Part shown: positions 49,458 through 59,098 of the stretch, piece by piece
Position numbering within the stretch: position 1 is the first letter of the stretch
Layout: every line of letters starts with the position of its first letter
The notes under the pieces: model-generated
What the model saw: only the letters and a program-made list of their open reading frames with translations
What the model was told of the DNA's origin: nothing
Databases searched by the model: none
Origin: an uncultured Gammaproteobacteria bacterium
Lineage (GTDB): Bacteria; Patescibacteriota; Microgenomatia; UBA8517
Length of the DNA stretch: 64,000 bases
Assembly (NCBI GenBank): GCA_964645605.1
Contig: CAZYCE010000001.1
Span: 63 to 64,062 of the forward strand
Direction of reading: 5' to 3'
Position numbers and translations under genes: made by a program

Positions 49458-50447
49458 TTAGAGCAGCGATCTGTAGTACTCAATTGTCTTTTGGAGTCCT
49501 CCACCCAGATCAATCTTTGGTTTCCAACCAAGTTTAGTTTTTGCTTTTGTGATATCCGGTTGCCTTCTCATGGGATCGTTTTCCCGAAAATCCCCACTAA
49601 AGACAATCTTGGAGGTACTCCCCGTGAGAGTTTTGATTTTTTCGGCCAAGTCTTTAATTGTAAATTCATCGGGGTTACCAAGATTAAATATCTCTCCCTT
49701 CGTTTCATTACTAAACATTGCTCTGACAATTCCATCAACTAAATCATCTACATAACAAAAAGACCTTGTTTGTGTCCCGTCGCCATCAATTTTTAAGGGC
49801 AATCTATTAAGTGCTGCCATAATAAAATTGGAGACAACTCTCCCATCGTCTTTCTGCATTCTAGGCCCATAAGTATTGAAGATTCTTATTATTCTTGCAT
49901 CAATGTTATATTTTCGAATATAAATATATATAGCTGTTTCCCCATATCTCTTACCTTCATCGTAACAAGATCTCGGACCAAACGTGTTTACATTTCCAAA
50001 ATAAGTTTCTTTCTGGGGATGTTCCAGCGGGTCTCCATAAATTTCGGATGTTGAAGCATATAGAAGTTTTGCCTGGCTTTCCTTCGCTAATTTTAGGACA
50101 TTCAAAGTTCCCATAGAATTGGCTAATAGTGTCTCTTCTGGGTAATTTTGATAATCTATCGGAGAGGCGGGAGATGCCAAATGAAAGACGAAACTTAATT
50201 GCTGATTGTTAATGTTTAACGGTTTGGTAACATCAGCTTCGATAAACTCAAAATTGGGGTTCACCGACAGATGTTCGATATTTTTTTTTGAACCCGTCAG
50301 GAGATTATCCAAACAAAGAACCCTATATCCATCTTTTACCAATCTATCACACAAGTGGCTGCCAATGAATCCAGCCCCACCGGTGACCAGACACATTTTT
50401 TTCTCTGCCGTAGAACTTACAATATTGGCATCCAAAACACTTTGCAT
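49458..50447 (-). CDS. UDP-glucuronate decarboxylase (UDP-xylose synthase)-like SDR enzyme
   Basis: TGGAGFIGSH, HLASPASP, STSEIYGDP, CYDEGKR, RIFNTYGPRM. Confidence 0.92.
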   Translation of the reverse strand: MQSVLDANIVSSTAEKKMCLVTGGAGFIGSHLCDRLVKDGYRVLCLDNLLTGSKKNIEHLSVNPNFEFIEADVTKPLNINNQQLSFVFHLASPASPIDYQNYPEETLLANSMGTLNVLKLAKESQAKLLYASTSEIYGDPLEHPQKETYFGNVNTFGPRSCYDEGKRYGETAIYIYIRKYNIDARIIRIFNTYGPRMQKDDGRVVSNFIMAALNRLPLKIDGDGTQTRSFCYVDDLVDGIVRAMFSNETKGEIFNLGNPDEFTIKDLAEKIKTLTGSTSKIVFSGDFRENDPMRRQPDITKAKTKLGWKPKIDLGGGLQKTIEYYRSLL

Positions 50448-50479
50448 ATACGGCAATTATATCTTAAACTGGATACACT

Positions 50480-51988
50480 ATGAAAGCTCTCTGGGCTAAA
50501 CTTCATAAAGTCGGAGATTTTTTGCATCTTCCGGACATTCCAAATTGGTTGTTAATAGTATTATCTTTGGTATTTATCCTACGAACTCCCTCCTTTTTTG
50601 AACCTTATTATTACGGCGACGAAATGGTCTACTTAACACTCGGGCAGGGTGTGCGTCAGGGTTTAACCCTCTATAAAGATGTCTATGACAACAAACCCCC
50701 TCTTTTGTATTTAACGGCAGCCGTCGCCGGTAATGTCTTCTGGTTTAAGGTGATTTTGGCGTTTTGGAGCTTGATAACGATATTTCTATTTTATAAACTG
50801 ACAAAAATTATTCTCGAGAAAAACGAAAAGGCCCAAAAGTTTGCAACTTCCCTTTTTGCTCTTTTGACAACACTCCCCCCTTTGGAGGGTTTGACCGCCA
50901 ACTCGGAACTATTCATGATTGTATTTACAATTGGAGCTTTCCTTATTCTTTTGAAGGGCAATCAAAAACCGGGAAAAGTATATCTTGCCGGTGTTCTTTT
51001 GGGGCTTGGTGCTCTTTTCAAAATTCCGGCAGCTTTTGATGCTCCAATAATGGTCTTCTACTGGATAATCACGCTGGGATTTAAAAACTGGAAGGAAATA
51101 CTTAAAAATACTGCCTTGCTCGTACTTGGATTTATCTCTCCCATAGTTTTAACTTTCGCTTGGTATTTTACTAAGGGAGCTCTCCCTGACTATATCAAAG
51201 CGGCATTTTTGCAAAATGTCGGCTATTTGAGTAGTTTTAGACCCGGGGATATACAAAAACCTTTCCTGATTAGAAATGCACCGCTTCTAATAAGAGGTGC
51301 TATTGTACTTTTGGGTTCTGGCGTACTTTTCATTTTCCGCAAAAGACTTTCAAAAAAGTTTGTTCTTTTATCCCTTTGGATTCTTTTTGCGCTTTTTGCA
51401 ATTACGCTTTCGGAGCGGCCCTATCCGCACTATTTTATCCAGGCCGTAGCTCCTATTTCTATGCTTATATCAATTCTTTTCTTGGAAAAAAGTTTTGAAC
51501 AATCACTTGTTGTCTTACCTCTTGCTTTGTCATTTTTTGTCCCGGTCTTTTACAAATTCTGGCTTTATCCAACAACCCCATATTACATCCGTTTTATTAA
51601 ATTTGCCTTTGGTTCTGAGTCTAAATATGAATATTTCAACAGTTTTTCGCCCAACGTAAACAGGAATTATCAAATAGCAGACTTTTTGGCTAAATCAAGT
51701 ATGAGGTCCGACAAAGTCTTTATGTGGGACCCCGATTCGGCTGCAGTTTATGCCCTATCAAGAAGACTTCCTCCCATCAAATATGTGGTTGACTATCACA
51801 TAAACGATTATTCAAATCTGGAAACTACGGCTGTAGATGTTTCAACCAATCCGCCCAAATTTATAATTCTTACCAATTCTCATCCCTTTTTGGAGATTAA
51901 ACCTCTACTGAAAAGTAAATATATCCTGATCAATCAAATAAATGATGCCAATATCTATTCCAGAATCGACTTTGCTCCCACAAGGTAG
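50480..51988 (+). CDS. ArnT/PMT-like GT-C glycosyltransferase
   Basis: GDE.VY...G, LYKD.YDNKPPL, multiple TMs, YPHYF.Q. Confidence 0.85.
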   Translation: MKALWAKLHKVGDFLHLPDIPNWLLIVLSLVFILRTPSFFEPYYYGDEMVYLTLGQGVRQGLTLYKDVYDNKPPLLYLTAAVAGNVFWFKVILAFWSLITIFLFYKLTKIILEKNEKAQKFATSLFALLTTLPPLEGLTANSELFMIVFTIGAFLILLKGNQKPGKVYLAGVLLGLGALFKIPAAFDAPIMVFYWIITLGFKNWKEILKNTALLVLGFISPIVLTFAWYFTKGALPDYIKAAFLQNVGYLSSFRPGDIQKPFLIRNAPLLIRGAIVLLGSGVLFIFRKRLSKKFVLLSLWILFALFAITLSERPYPHYFIQAVAPISMLISILFLEKSFEQSLVVLPLALSFFVPVFYKFWLYPTTPYYIRFIKFAFGSESKYEYFNSFSPNVNRNYQIADFLAKSSMRSDKVFMWDPDSAAVYALSRRLPPIKYVVDYHINDYSNLETTAVDVSTNPPKFIILTNSHPFLEIKPLLKSKYILINQINDANIYSRIDFAPTR

Positions 51989-52015
51989 ATATCGTACAAT
52001 GGAGTCTTTAATTAT

Positions 52016-52351
52016 ATGTGGCGGAAAAATATAACCTTTCAGAAATTATTTCTTGTTGCCGGGGCTCTAAGTTTTATCTCCCTACTGGCCGTACTGGGAT
52101 CCAGAGGATTCCTTCCTCCCCTTGTTCCCCTTTTTTATGGCAAGCCGACAGGGGCAGATCAGCTTGCTCCCACCCTTTTTCTCTTGATAATTCCTGCCGT
52201 ATCTTTATTAATCACTATCATCAATCTTTTTATTAACTCTCGTTCAAAAGATGATTTTATTAAAAAATTCTTGGCCGTTTCCTCACTTGTTTTTTCAATC
52301 ATGACAATCATAGCGGTGACAAAGATAATTCTTTTGGTGGGATTTTTCTAA
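52016..52351 (+). CDS. Small membrane protein (DUF1648-like)
   Basis: LPP.VPLFY..P.G motif between TM helices. Confidence 0.65.
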   Translation: MWRKNITFQKLFLVAGALSFISLLAVLGSRGFLPPLVPLFYGKPTGADQLAPTLFLLIIPAVSLLITIINLFINSRSKDDFIKKFLAVSSLVFSIMTIIAVTKIILLVGFF

Positions 52352-52353
52352 AC

Positions 52354-53445
52354 ATGGATAACTTGCGCAATCTTTTCCTGCTCCCCTGGCTTGGGGCTGC
52401 TCTTGTAGCTTTTTTGGTTACCCCTATCGTTATTAAGCTCGCGGGGAAAATGGGAATTATCGATGACCCTACCAAAAATAAACATCCCAAAGTAATCCAT
52501 ACATACCCGGTTCCCAGAGGTGGCGGAATTCCAATTTTTATCGCACTTGCCGTCACCAGCCTTATCTTTTTGCCTCTCGACAAACATCTGATAGGAATTT
52601 TGGCTGGAGCAACTCTTTTGGTAACAATGGGCCTACTTGATGACAAATACAATCTTAATCCATATTTGAGGCTTGTACTTGGATTTATTGCAGCAGCAGC
52701 CCCGATTGCTGCGGGAATTGGTATTTCATTTATTTCCAATCCTGCGGGGGGAATAATAAACTTAAGCCAGCCACAAATCAACTTCGAACTTTTTGGACAA
52801 GCACATTCAATTTGGGTCATTTCGGATTTTTTTGCAATTCTTTGGATAGTGTTTTTAATGAATATTGTTAACATGGGGGCAAAGGGCGTTGACGGACAAT
52901 TAAGTGGAGTTGCTATGGTGGCTGCCCTGACAATTGCATTTTTATCACTAAGATATTCAGCAGATATTACCCAATGGCCCGTGATAATTCTCGCAGCAAT
53001 TACGGCAGGATCTTATCTCGGTTTTTTACCTTGGCACATTTTTCCTCAAAAAATTATGCCAGGTTATGGCGGAAGCACACTCGCAGGATACCTTTTGGCG
53101 GTGCTTTCCATTCTTTCAACAACAAAGGTTGGTACTTTGGTCGTTGTACTTGGAGTCCCTCTTATTGATACCGGCTATACCATAATAAGACGCATTGCCA
53201 ATCATAAATCTCCCGTCTGGGGAGATAGGGGCCATCTTCATCATCGACTTCTTGATGCCGGACTTAGTAAGGCCCAGGTCGCTGCTTTTTACTGGATGGT
53301 TACAGCCCTACTCGGATTTTTGGCTCTTAATTTGAATACGGCCAGCAAGATCTATACAATGGTAGGTATAGCCATGCTTTTGGGAGGCTTAATAATATGG
53401 TTGACACGAAAACCGAAGAAGGTCAAAGACAAAAAACTTCTTTAA
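52354..53445 (+). CDS. WecA/TagO/MraY-family polyprenyl-phosphate HexNAc-1-P transferase
   Basis: H..PVPRGGG, GLLDD, GVDG, DRGHLHHRL. Confidence 0.92.
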   Translation: MDNLRNLFLLPWLGAALVAFLVTPIVIKLAGKMGIIDDPTKNKHPKVIHTYPVPRGGGIPIFIALAVTSLIFLPLDKHLIGILAGATLLVTMGLLDDKYNLNPYLRLVLGFIAAAAPIAAGIGISFISNPAGGIINLSQPQINFELFGQAHSIWVISDFFAILWIVFLMNIVNMGAKGVDGQLSGVAMVAALTIAFLSLRYSADITQWPVIILAAITAGSYLGFLPWHIFPQKIMPGYGGSTLAGYLLAVLSILSTTKVGTLVVVLGVPLIDTGYTIIRRIANHKSPVWGDRGHLHHRLLDAGLSKAQVAAFYWMVTALLGFLALNLNTASKIYTMVGIAMLLGGLIIWLTRKPKKVKDKKLL

Positions 53446-54371
53446 TCATCGCAGCAATAAAGGCTGCCAGGCCGGTGCATTGGACAAAAAACCTTTCTGT
53501 TTTTGCTGCCATTCTTCTTTCGGGATACTTTTTTGAAAAACCCTTGTTGATTCTGACAATTTGGGCATTTATCTCATTTTGTTTTATAACCTCTGCAACT
53601 TACATCATTAATGACATTTTTGATAGAAAGGCAGATCGTCTTCACCCGATTAAAAAATTTAGACCGATAGCCTCAGGCGCCCTTCCCCTACCAATAGCAA
53701 TCGTTGAAGCGGCGGCACTTATCGTGGCATCGATTGCCACTGCGTCTATCGGCCATTTGGACCCAATCTTTATCACTATCATTATTATTTATTTGATTTT
53801 GCAAATTCTTTACAGTTTTAAACTAAAAAATATCTCTATATTAGATATTATTATTATCGCTACCGGATTTGTTTTGAGGGTCTACGCTGGAGGATTTGTT
53901 ATCAATGCTCACCTTTCGGTTTGGTTTTTACTTTGTGTAATCTCTGTTGCACTTTTTCTGGCATCTGGTAAAAGAAGGGCGGAACTTAATATCACTGATG
54001 CTGTTGAGGGATCAACTAGAAAAAGTTTGGAGAGCTACCACAAGGATTTACTTAATTCTTATGTGACCATGTTCGGGAATGCCTCCTGGTTGTCTTGGGC
54101 CCTTTATACTTTTTTTGAAAGCCCCAGGACGTCTACCCCTTTCTGGCTGGTTTTAGCCGAACTTTCAAGAACCACTACTATTGGAAAATTGTTAATGCTG
54201 ACAATCCCCGTCACAATCTTTGGAATAATGAGATACGAAGCACTTATTTTTCAAAATAGGAGTGAAGCTCCCGAAAAGCTTCTTTTAACTGACAAAACAC
54301 TTATCGGCTCGGTTTTTCTTTGGGTAATCCTGGTTTATTGGGTTTTGTATAGCGGAATCTCCACAATCTAA
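53397..54371 (+). CDS. UbiA-family decaprenyl-phosphate phosphoribosyltransferase-like protein
   Basis: RP.HW.KN, YIIND..D...DR.HP.K..RPIASG, GFVLR..AG, GKRRAE. Confidence 0.88.
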   Translation: MVDTKTEEGQRQKTSLIIAAIKAARPVHWTKNLSVFAAILLSGYFFEKPLLILTIWAFISFCFITSATYIINDIFDRKADRLHPIKKFRPIASGALPLPIAIVEAAALIVASIATASIGHLDPIFITIIIIYLILQILYSFKLKNISILDIIIIATGFVLRVYAGGFVINAHLSVWFLLCVISVALFLASGKRRAELNITDAVEGSTRKSLESYHKDLLNSYVTMFGNASWLSWALYTFFESPRTSTPFWLVLAELSRTTTIGKLLMLTIPVTIFGIMRYEALIFQNRSEAPEKLLLTDKTLIGSVFLWVILVYWVLYSGISTI

Positions 54372-54376
54372 TCTGG

Positions 54377-55228
54377 TCATCTGGGTGTAGAGCTAATCGA
54401 AGCATAATCTCCCGAAATCCATCCGACGATACCCGAAGGTAATCCCGATTTTGAAGCTTCATATTGAATCTCTATCCAACCTGTTTCAACATCCGTATCA
54501 AGGTAATCAAATACATCACCAGGTTTTACCTGAGCAATTTCGGTTCCTTCACTACCCGGCTGCGACCGCACTCTCAAAAATCCCGTAGGGGTATCCAAAA
54601 TACTCACTACTTTTTTAACGGGGGTTTTTCCGGAACCTTTATCTAACGCTTGGGCGTTTTCTCTAGCCAGCTTGGCATAGAGTGTCACTCTATATCCTAC
54701 AAGTGTTTTAATATTAATCGAAAAATCCGTATAACCCGGCGATCTTATTCCTATCTCGTGCATGGCTGGAGCTATTGTTGAGGTCTCGTAAGGAGAAAAG
54801 CCTCTTGAAACACCGTCTACTAAAACTTGTGCGTTGTCGGGTTGGGAAACGGCCACAAGAGCTGCCGTACCTTTTTCACCTTTCTCAAAAGAAATAATAT
54901 AGCCTGACGAATAATCCTCACTTTCCCCAAAATTTCTACTTACAGCCGTTTCTATGCCTGGGGAGAGAGTGATCGAGGTTTCAAAAGGGGTAAAATTGGT
55001 GCCATCCTCCCGCGGAATAAGCTTAAGAAGAATTTTTTCAGCCTTGAAAGAACCTCTATAAGGTGTCTCCCCAACAAAGGATCCATTGATAAACACTGAA
55101 GATTTGGGTGTGCTATCAACTTTTAACCCGCCCGGCTTAGGGGCAAAATAACCCGCTAAAAAAAGTCCCATCGCCGTCAGAATCGCTAACGAGAAAATTG
55201 TCAAAAGAACCACCTTTGCAGTCTTCAT
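54377..55228 (-). CDS. PEGA- and SH3b-domain surface protein
   Basis: TM; V.S.P...V.ING...G.TP twice (PEGA); TGFLRVRS.P...GW (SH3b); start probably ATG 55228. Confidence 0.85.
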   Translation of the reverse strand: MKTAKVVLLTIFSLAILTAMGLFLAGYFAPKPGGLKVDSTPKSSVFINGSFVGETPYRGSFKAEKILLKLIPREDGTNFTPFETSITLSPGIETAVSRNFGESEDYSSGYIISFEKGEKGTAALVAVSQPDNAQVLVDGVSRGFSPYETSTIAPAMHEIGIRSPGYTDFSINIKTLVGYRVTLYAKLARENAQALDKGSGKTPVKKVVSILDTPTGFLRVRSQPGSEGTEIAQVKPGDVFDYLDTDVETGWIEIQYEASKSGLPSGIVGWISGDYASISSTPR

Positions 55229-55276
55229 AGCTATCGAGTGTAACATAACAAAGCTTCATGTTAAAATACTTTAATT

Positions 55277-55348
55277 GGCCACGTGGTGAAGAGGAAACAC
55301 GGCTGTCTGCAAAACAGCTATGCGCCAGTCCGATTCTGGCCGTGGCCT
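55277..55348 (+). tRNA. tRNA-Cys (GCA)
   Basis: Acceptor GGCCACG/CGTGGCC with U73, D-stem GTG/CAC, anticodon arm GCTGT-CTGCAAA-ACAGC, T-arm GCCAG-TCCGATT-CTGGC; CCA not encoded. Confidence 0.93.
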
Positions 55349-55353
55349 CAGCA

Positions 55354-55990
55354 ATAAATAAGACAACCAAAATCTTAACTATTTTAGCAGTGATTGCCGG
55401 ATTTATCGGCACCTTAGTTGTCAAAAGTGTTCGAGCATAAGATTTCAACTTTTTAAAAGGCTTTTCAGAATTACCGGTACAATTTCACTCAAAATAGCAA
55501 ATCTTATCCCGACTCCGGTGGAGCCAAAAGTGTACGCCTGGCAGACTCTACACTTAGTCTTAAGAAAGATGTCCGATTAAAAATGTTAAACACTCTCGTT
55601 ATTTGTGATAAATTTATTGCTGTTTATCTGGCAATGTTGGGGATGAAGCTTGTTGTAGATCGTGGCCCTACACCTAATAATAAAATCCTCTCAAAAATTG
55701 ATTCTGAAATTGAATGGTAAAATAACGTAAATCTAAATATTCAACCGATGACTCGTTAGAAACTCTCTTTGAAAGAAGTAGTTGGTCAAAAAAGATACAA
55801 AACCGATGCTTGCTTGGTAATTAGTGAAGCCCTGGTGTATATCGGTTTAGGCCAGGAGATGGCAAAAATTAGTAATGATCAGACAATCACTTCCGCCGGA
55901 TAATGCAAGACCGACGGCCTCGGTAGTTTCTCCTTCCGCACAGAGAAACATAATAATTTTATTATATTGGCAAAAATAGCGGGATTATTT
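55354..55990 (+). pseudogene. Decayed gene for an exported helical protein
   Basis: Signal-peptide-like INKTTKILTILAVIAGFIGTLVVKSVRA then TAA; protein-like text continues in shifted frames; several stops; 3' end uncertain. Confidence 0.55.
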
Positions 55991-56007
55991 TTGATCCCCT
56001 CAAAAAC

Positions 56008-56265
56008 TTGATTTTGAAACTTTACTCAAATAAAAAATCTTTAACCATTGTTTTCGGTCTTATGCCGTTAATTGTCGCAATAGGTATTATTTTTGATAAA
56101 TTGAAATTCCAACCCAGTCCTCCACCCAAACCATCGTCCACACCAAAGGTTGGTATGCTTCCGAAGCACACCGAATCACTGAATATCATTAATGTCACAC
56201 AAAGCGTGCTCAAAGACTTAAAATCCCAAAGAGATTCGTTTGATGTGAAACAGGCCTTTCTATAA
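56008..56265 (+). CDS. Possible small membrane protein or gene remnant
   Basis: TTG start, hydrophobic helix then PSPPPKPSSTP; lies in the decayed region. Confidence 0.35.
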   Translation: MILKLYSNKKSLTIVFGLMPLIVAIGIIFDKLKFQPSPPPKPSSTPKVGMLPKHTESLNIINVTQSVLKDLKSQRDSFDVKQAFL

Positions 56266-56352
56266 GCTCCAAGGCTGGATTTCGATATCAAGTTCAAGAT
56301 TTTTTAACTGATCTGTCCCCTAACTTGACTTTCAGAGCTTTCATGTTGTAGA

Positions 56353-56443
56353 ATGGCGGCTTGTCCCGCAATACGCGGGATTTTTTGTGGCTGCTCCTGC
56401 AAGCAGTGCGCAGACGCCGTGGCACCCGGATTAAAGGTGCTAT
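56353..56443 (+). ncRNA. Candidate structured cis-regulatory leader of the M23 peptidase gene
   Basis: GC-rich island with hairpins TCCCGC/GCGGGA plus T-run, CTGCT/AGCAG, and TGGCACC/GGTGCTA; downstream of TTGACT-N18-TAGAAT. Confidence 0.55.
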
Positions 56444-57118
56444 ATGAGAAAAATTTATATTGAACTGCCCAAGTATCGCCTCCAAATGCATGTAAGGCTA
56501 GTGAAAAGGCGAAAGCCGTTATTGGATGAGCCAATAATTCCAAAAGCTTCCGTGGTTAGGAGAAAATATAGAAAGGGAACCTTCGTCGGAAGGTTGGCCA
56601 GGTATATGGCTGACCATAAAAACACAAGTAAAGTGTTTGCCGCAAGTTTTGCGGTTGTTGCCGCAACTTCTTCTTTTATTCCTCAGACAGTTAATGTCCA
56701 GGCTCAAGGATCGGAAAATCTTATTATTGAATCTCAAACCAACCTTACTACCGAGAAAAGTTTGATTTATCCTGTCGCCCAAATAAAAATCAACCAAGGA
56801 TATTCGATTTTTCATAAAGCCACAGATTTTGGAGGAAATGTTGGAACTCCCGTCAAGCCAATTATGGCGGGTATGGTTGCCTACGCCGGTTGGGATCGTT
56901 CAGGCTATGGAAATTTGGTCATACTAAAGCATATCAATGGAATCGATTCGTATTATGCCCACTTATCTAAAATTGAGGTCAGTACCGGCCAAAATGTTGA
57001 TATTGGGACTGAAATAGGAAAAATGGGTGCAACTGGGCGCGCGACAGGCTCCCACCTTCATCTCGAAATCCATCAAAATGGAGTTTCCCTTAACCCCCTA
57101 ACGATTTTGTCCAAATGA
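56444..57118 (+). CDS. M23 family metallopeptidase
   Basis: HKATDF (HxxxD), GYGNLV, YAHL, G..G.TG.ATGSHLHLE. Confidence 0.94.
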   Translation: MRKIYIELPKYRLQMHVRLVKRRKPLLDEPIIPKASVVRRKYRKGTFVGRLARYMADHKNTSKVFAASFAVVAATSSFIPQTVNVQAQGSENLIIESQTNLTTEKSLIYPVAQIKINQGYSIFHKATDFGGNVGTPVKPIMAGMVAYAGWDRSGYGNLVILKHINGIDSYYAHLSKIEVSTGQNVDIGTEIGKMGATGRATGSHLHLEIHQNGVSLNPLTILSK

Positions 57119-57189
57119 TTTTTAACGACCAATTCCTTCACATCTTGTGTATTTTTTAAATATAAAAGTTTATAGTTGAATACTTTTAA

Positions 57190-57444
57190 ATGGATAAAGA
57201 AATAAGAAAAGTATTTGGCAAATTCGGTGATTTCAACTTCGATCTGAAAAAAATGTTCGGAAGTGCATATCTGGACTATCCAGACACCACAAAAAAATGA
57301 TTTGCCGTCATGAAGCATATCGAAAATTGAGGCCAAAATACTTGTCACGATCTTTACGATATTGCCATCATGGACAATTTATTCACGGTACAAGAGATGG
57401 AAAAAGTATTTGGTGACAAATTCAGGAATTGGAAAGTAGAGTAA
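57190..57444 (+). pseudogene. 84-codon frame interrupted by two in-frame TGA
   Basis: ATG 57190 to TAA 57444 with TGA at 57298 and 57328; fills the M23-groEL gap. Confidence 0.5.
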
Positions 57445-57446
57445 CT

Positions 57447-59075
57447 TTAGTAATCCATTCCACCCATTCCACCGGGCGGCATCATAGGTTCTTTCTTTTC
57501 TTCAGGGATATCTGTTACCAAACCTTCCGTCGTTAGTACCATCATAGCGACACTAGCAGCGTTTTGGAGCGCACTTCTCGTAACCTTAACAGGATCTATT
57601 ATTCCCATCTTAAGCATCGACCCATATTCTCCGGTAAGAGCGTTGAATCCGTAATCTACATCATCCTTCGCAATAACCTTTTTAAACACGGCCTCACCAT
57701 CCTCACCGGCATTTTTAGCCAACCATTTAATTGGTTCCTCCAGGGCCTCTCTAACTATATCGACACCGATTTGTTCATCACCCTTTTCTGCATTAACTTT
57801 TTTGATTGCTTTTGCGGCTCTAATAAGTGCCGTTTCCCCTCCAGGAACAATCCCTTCCTCGATAGCCGCTTTGGTTGCTCCAACCGCATCCTTTACCCTT
57901 TCTTTTTTATCATTCAGTTCAATTTCGGTTGCTGCCCCAACATTTATCTGGGCAACACCCCCAGCAAGCTTGGCAAGGCGTTCTTCAAACTTCTCTTTAT
58001 CAAAATCACTGTCTGATGCAGATATTTGTTTTTTAATTGAGGCAACCCGAGCGTCAATTGCCGTTTTGTCACCTTTCCCTCCTATAATTCTGGTATTATC
58101 CTTATCCGCCCACACCTTATCGGCCTGTCCCAAATCCTCAATGTCAATTGATTCAAAGGTTCTGCCTGTATCCTCAGAAATTACCGTCCCTCCCGTAAGA
58201 ACAGCTATATCTTCAAGCATTTCTTTTCTCCTATCTCCAAACCCCGGAGCCTTGATAGCTAAAACATTAAAAGTGCCTTTAAGTCTATTAACCACCAACG
58301 TGGCAAGGGCTTCGCCCTCAATTTCGTCCGCTATAATAACCAAATTTTTGGAAACTTTTACGAATTTTTCCAAGAAAGGCAAAAGTTCCTGAATAGAGGC
58401 AATTTTCTTATCCGTCAAAAGTATATATGGAGCCTCTATTTCTGCTTCCATTTTGTCAGGGTTGGTAACAAAATAGGCTGAGGCGTAACCTTTATCAAAC
58501 TCCATTCCTTCCTTATATTCTATATCTATGGTAAGACCCTTGCCTTCCTCAACTGTAACAACACCATCCCGGCCAACTTTCTCTAAGGCTTCGGCAATTT
58601 TTGAACCTATCAGATCATCTCCCGCTGAAATAGTAGCAACTTGAGCAATCTCGCTCTGGCTTTTTATTGGTTTAGCCATTTTCCTTAAGCTTTCCGTTGC
58701 CATCTCAACTGCTTTTTCAATTCCCTTTTTAACTATCATGGGATTTGCTCCGGCATCAATCTTGGCCATCCCTTTTTGGGTCATCACTTGGGCAAGAAGT
58801 GTCGAGGTTGTGGTTCCGTCTCCAGCATTATCGTTGGTTTTGCTGGCAGCTTCCTTAACAAGCTGAGCACCCATATTTTCAAATGGATCCGGGAGATCAA
58901 TTTCCTTAGCCACTGACACTCCATCGTGAACAATGTTCGGGGCACCCCATTTTTTGTCAAGCGCAATATTTCGGCCTTTTGGGCCAAGCGTTGTTACAAC
59001 CGCCCTGGCAACTGTATCAATCCCTTTTAAAAGGGATTGTCTTGCCTCATTTGAAAATTTTAATTGTTTTGCCAT
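57447..59075 (-). CDS. groL: Chaperonin GroEL
   Basis: [29 protein letters not shown] tail. Confidence 0.99.
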   Translation of the reverse strand: MAKQLKFSNEARQSLLKGIDTVARAVVTTLGPKGRNIALDKKWGAPNIVHDGVSVAKEIDLPDPFENMGAQLVKEAASKTNDNAGDGTTTSTLLAQVMTQKGMAKIDAGANPMIVKKGIEKAVEMATESLRKMAKPIKSQSEIAQVATISAGDDLIGSKIAEALEKVGRDGVVTVEEGKGLTIDIEYKEGMEFDKGYASAYFVTNPDKMEAEIEAPYILLTDKKIASIQELLPFLEKFVKVSKNLVIIADEIEGEALATLVVNRLKGTFNVLAIKAPGFGDRRKEMLEDIAVLTGGTVISEDTGRTFESIDIEDLGQADKVWADKDNTRIIGGKGDKTAIDARVASIKKQISASDSDFDKEKFEERLAKLAGGVAQINVGAATEIELNDKKERVKDAVGATKAAIEEGIVPGGETALIRAAKAIKKVNAEKGDEQIGVDIVREALEEPIKWLAKNAGEDGEAVFKKVIAKDDVDYGFNALTGEYGSMLKMGIIDPVKVTRSALQNAASVAMMVLTTEGLVTDIPEEKKEPMMPPGGMGGMDY

Positions 59076-59098
59076 GATTAGAATTCGCTCACCATAAA

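Noticed and set aside
55258-55440. 60-aa ORF in the track
   Set aside because: Its first half is the tRNA-Cys gene; only the distal part looks like a pseudogene signal peptide.
56353-56443. SRP RNA, tRNA or ydaO riboswitch identity for the GC-rich leader
   Set aside because: No SRP GGAA-tetraloop domain, no cloverleaf and no recognisable ydaO consensus; kept as an unassigned candidate.
57190-57444. Genome-wide TGA recoding or a selenoprotein
   Set aside because: Conserved genes end at TGA at their expected C-termini; no SECIS-like hairpin or redox motif is evident.
55330-57446. tRNA-anchored genomic island
   Set aside because: No integrase and no duplicated tRNA 3' end found downstream.
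17515-58392. Long antisense ORFs (e.g. 17515-18213, 24023-24637, 28301-28891, 30345-30848, 57802-58392)
   Set aside because: Shadows of well-supported genes on the other strand, with no motifs of their own.
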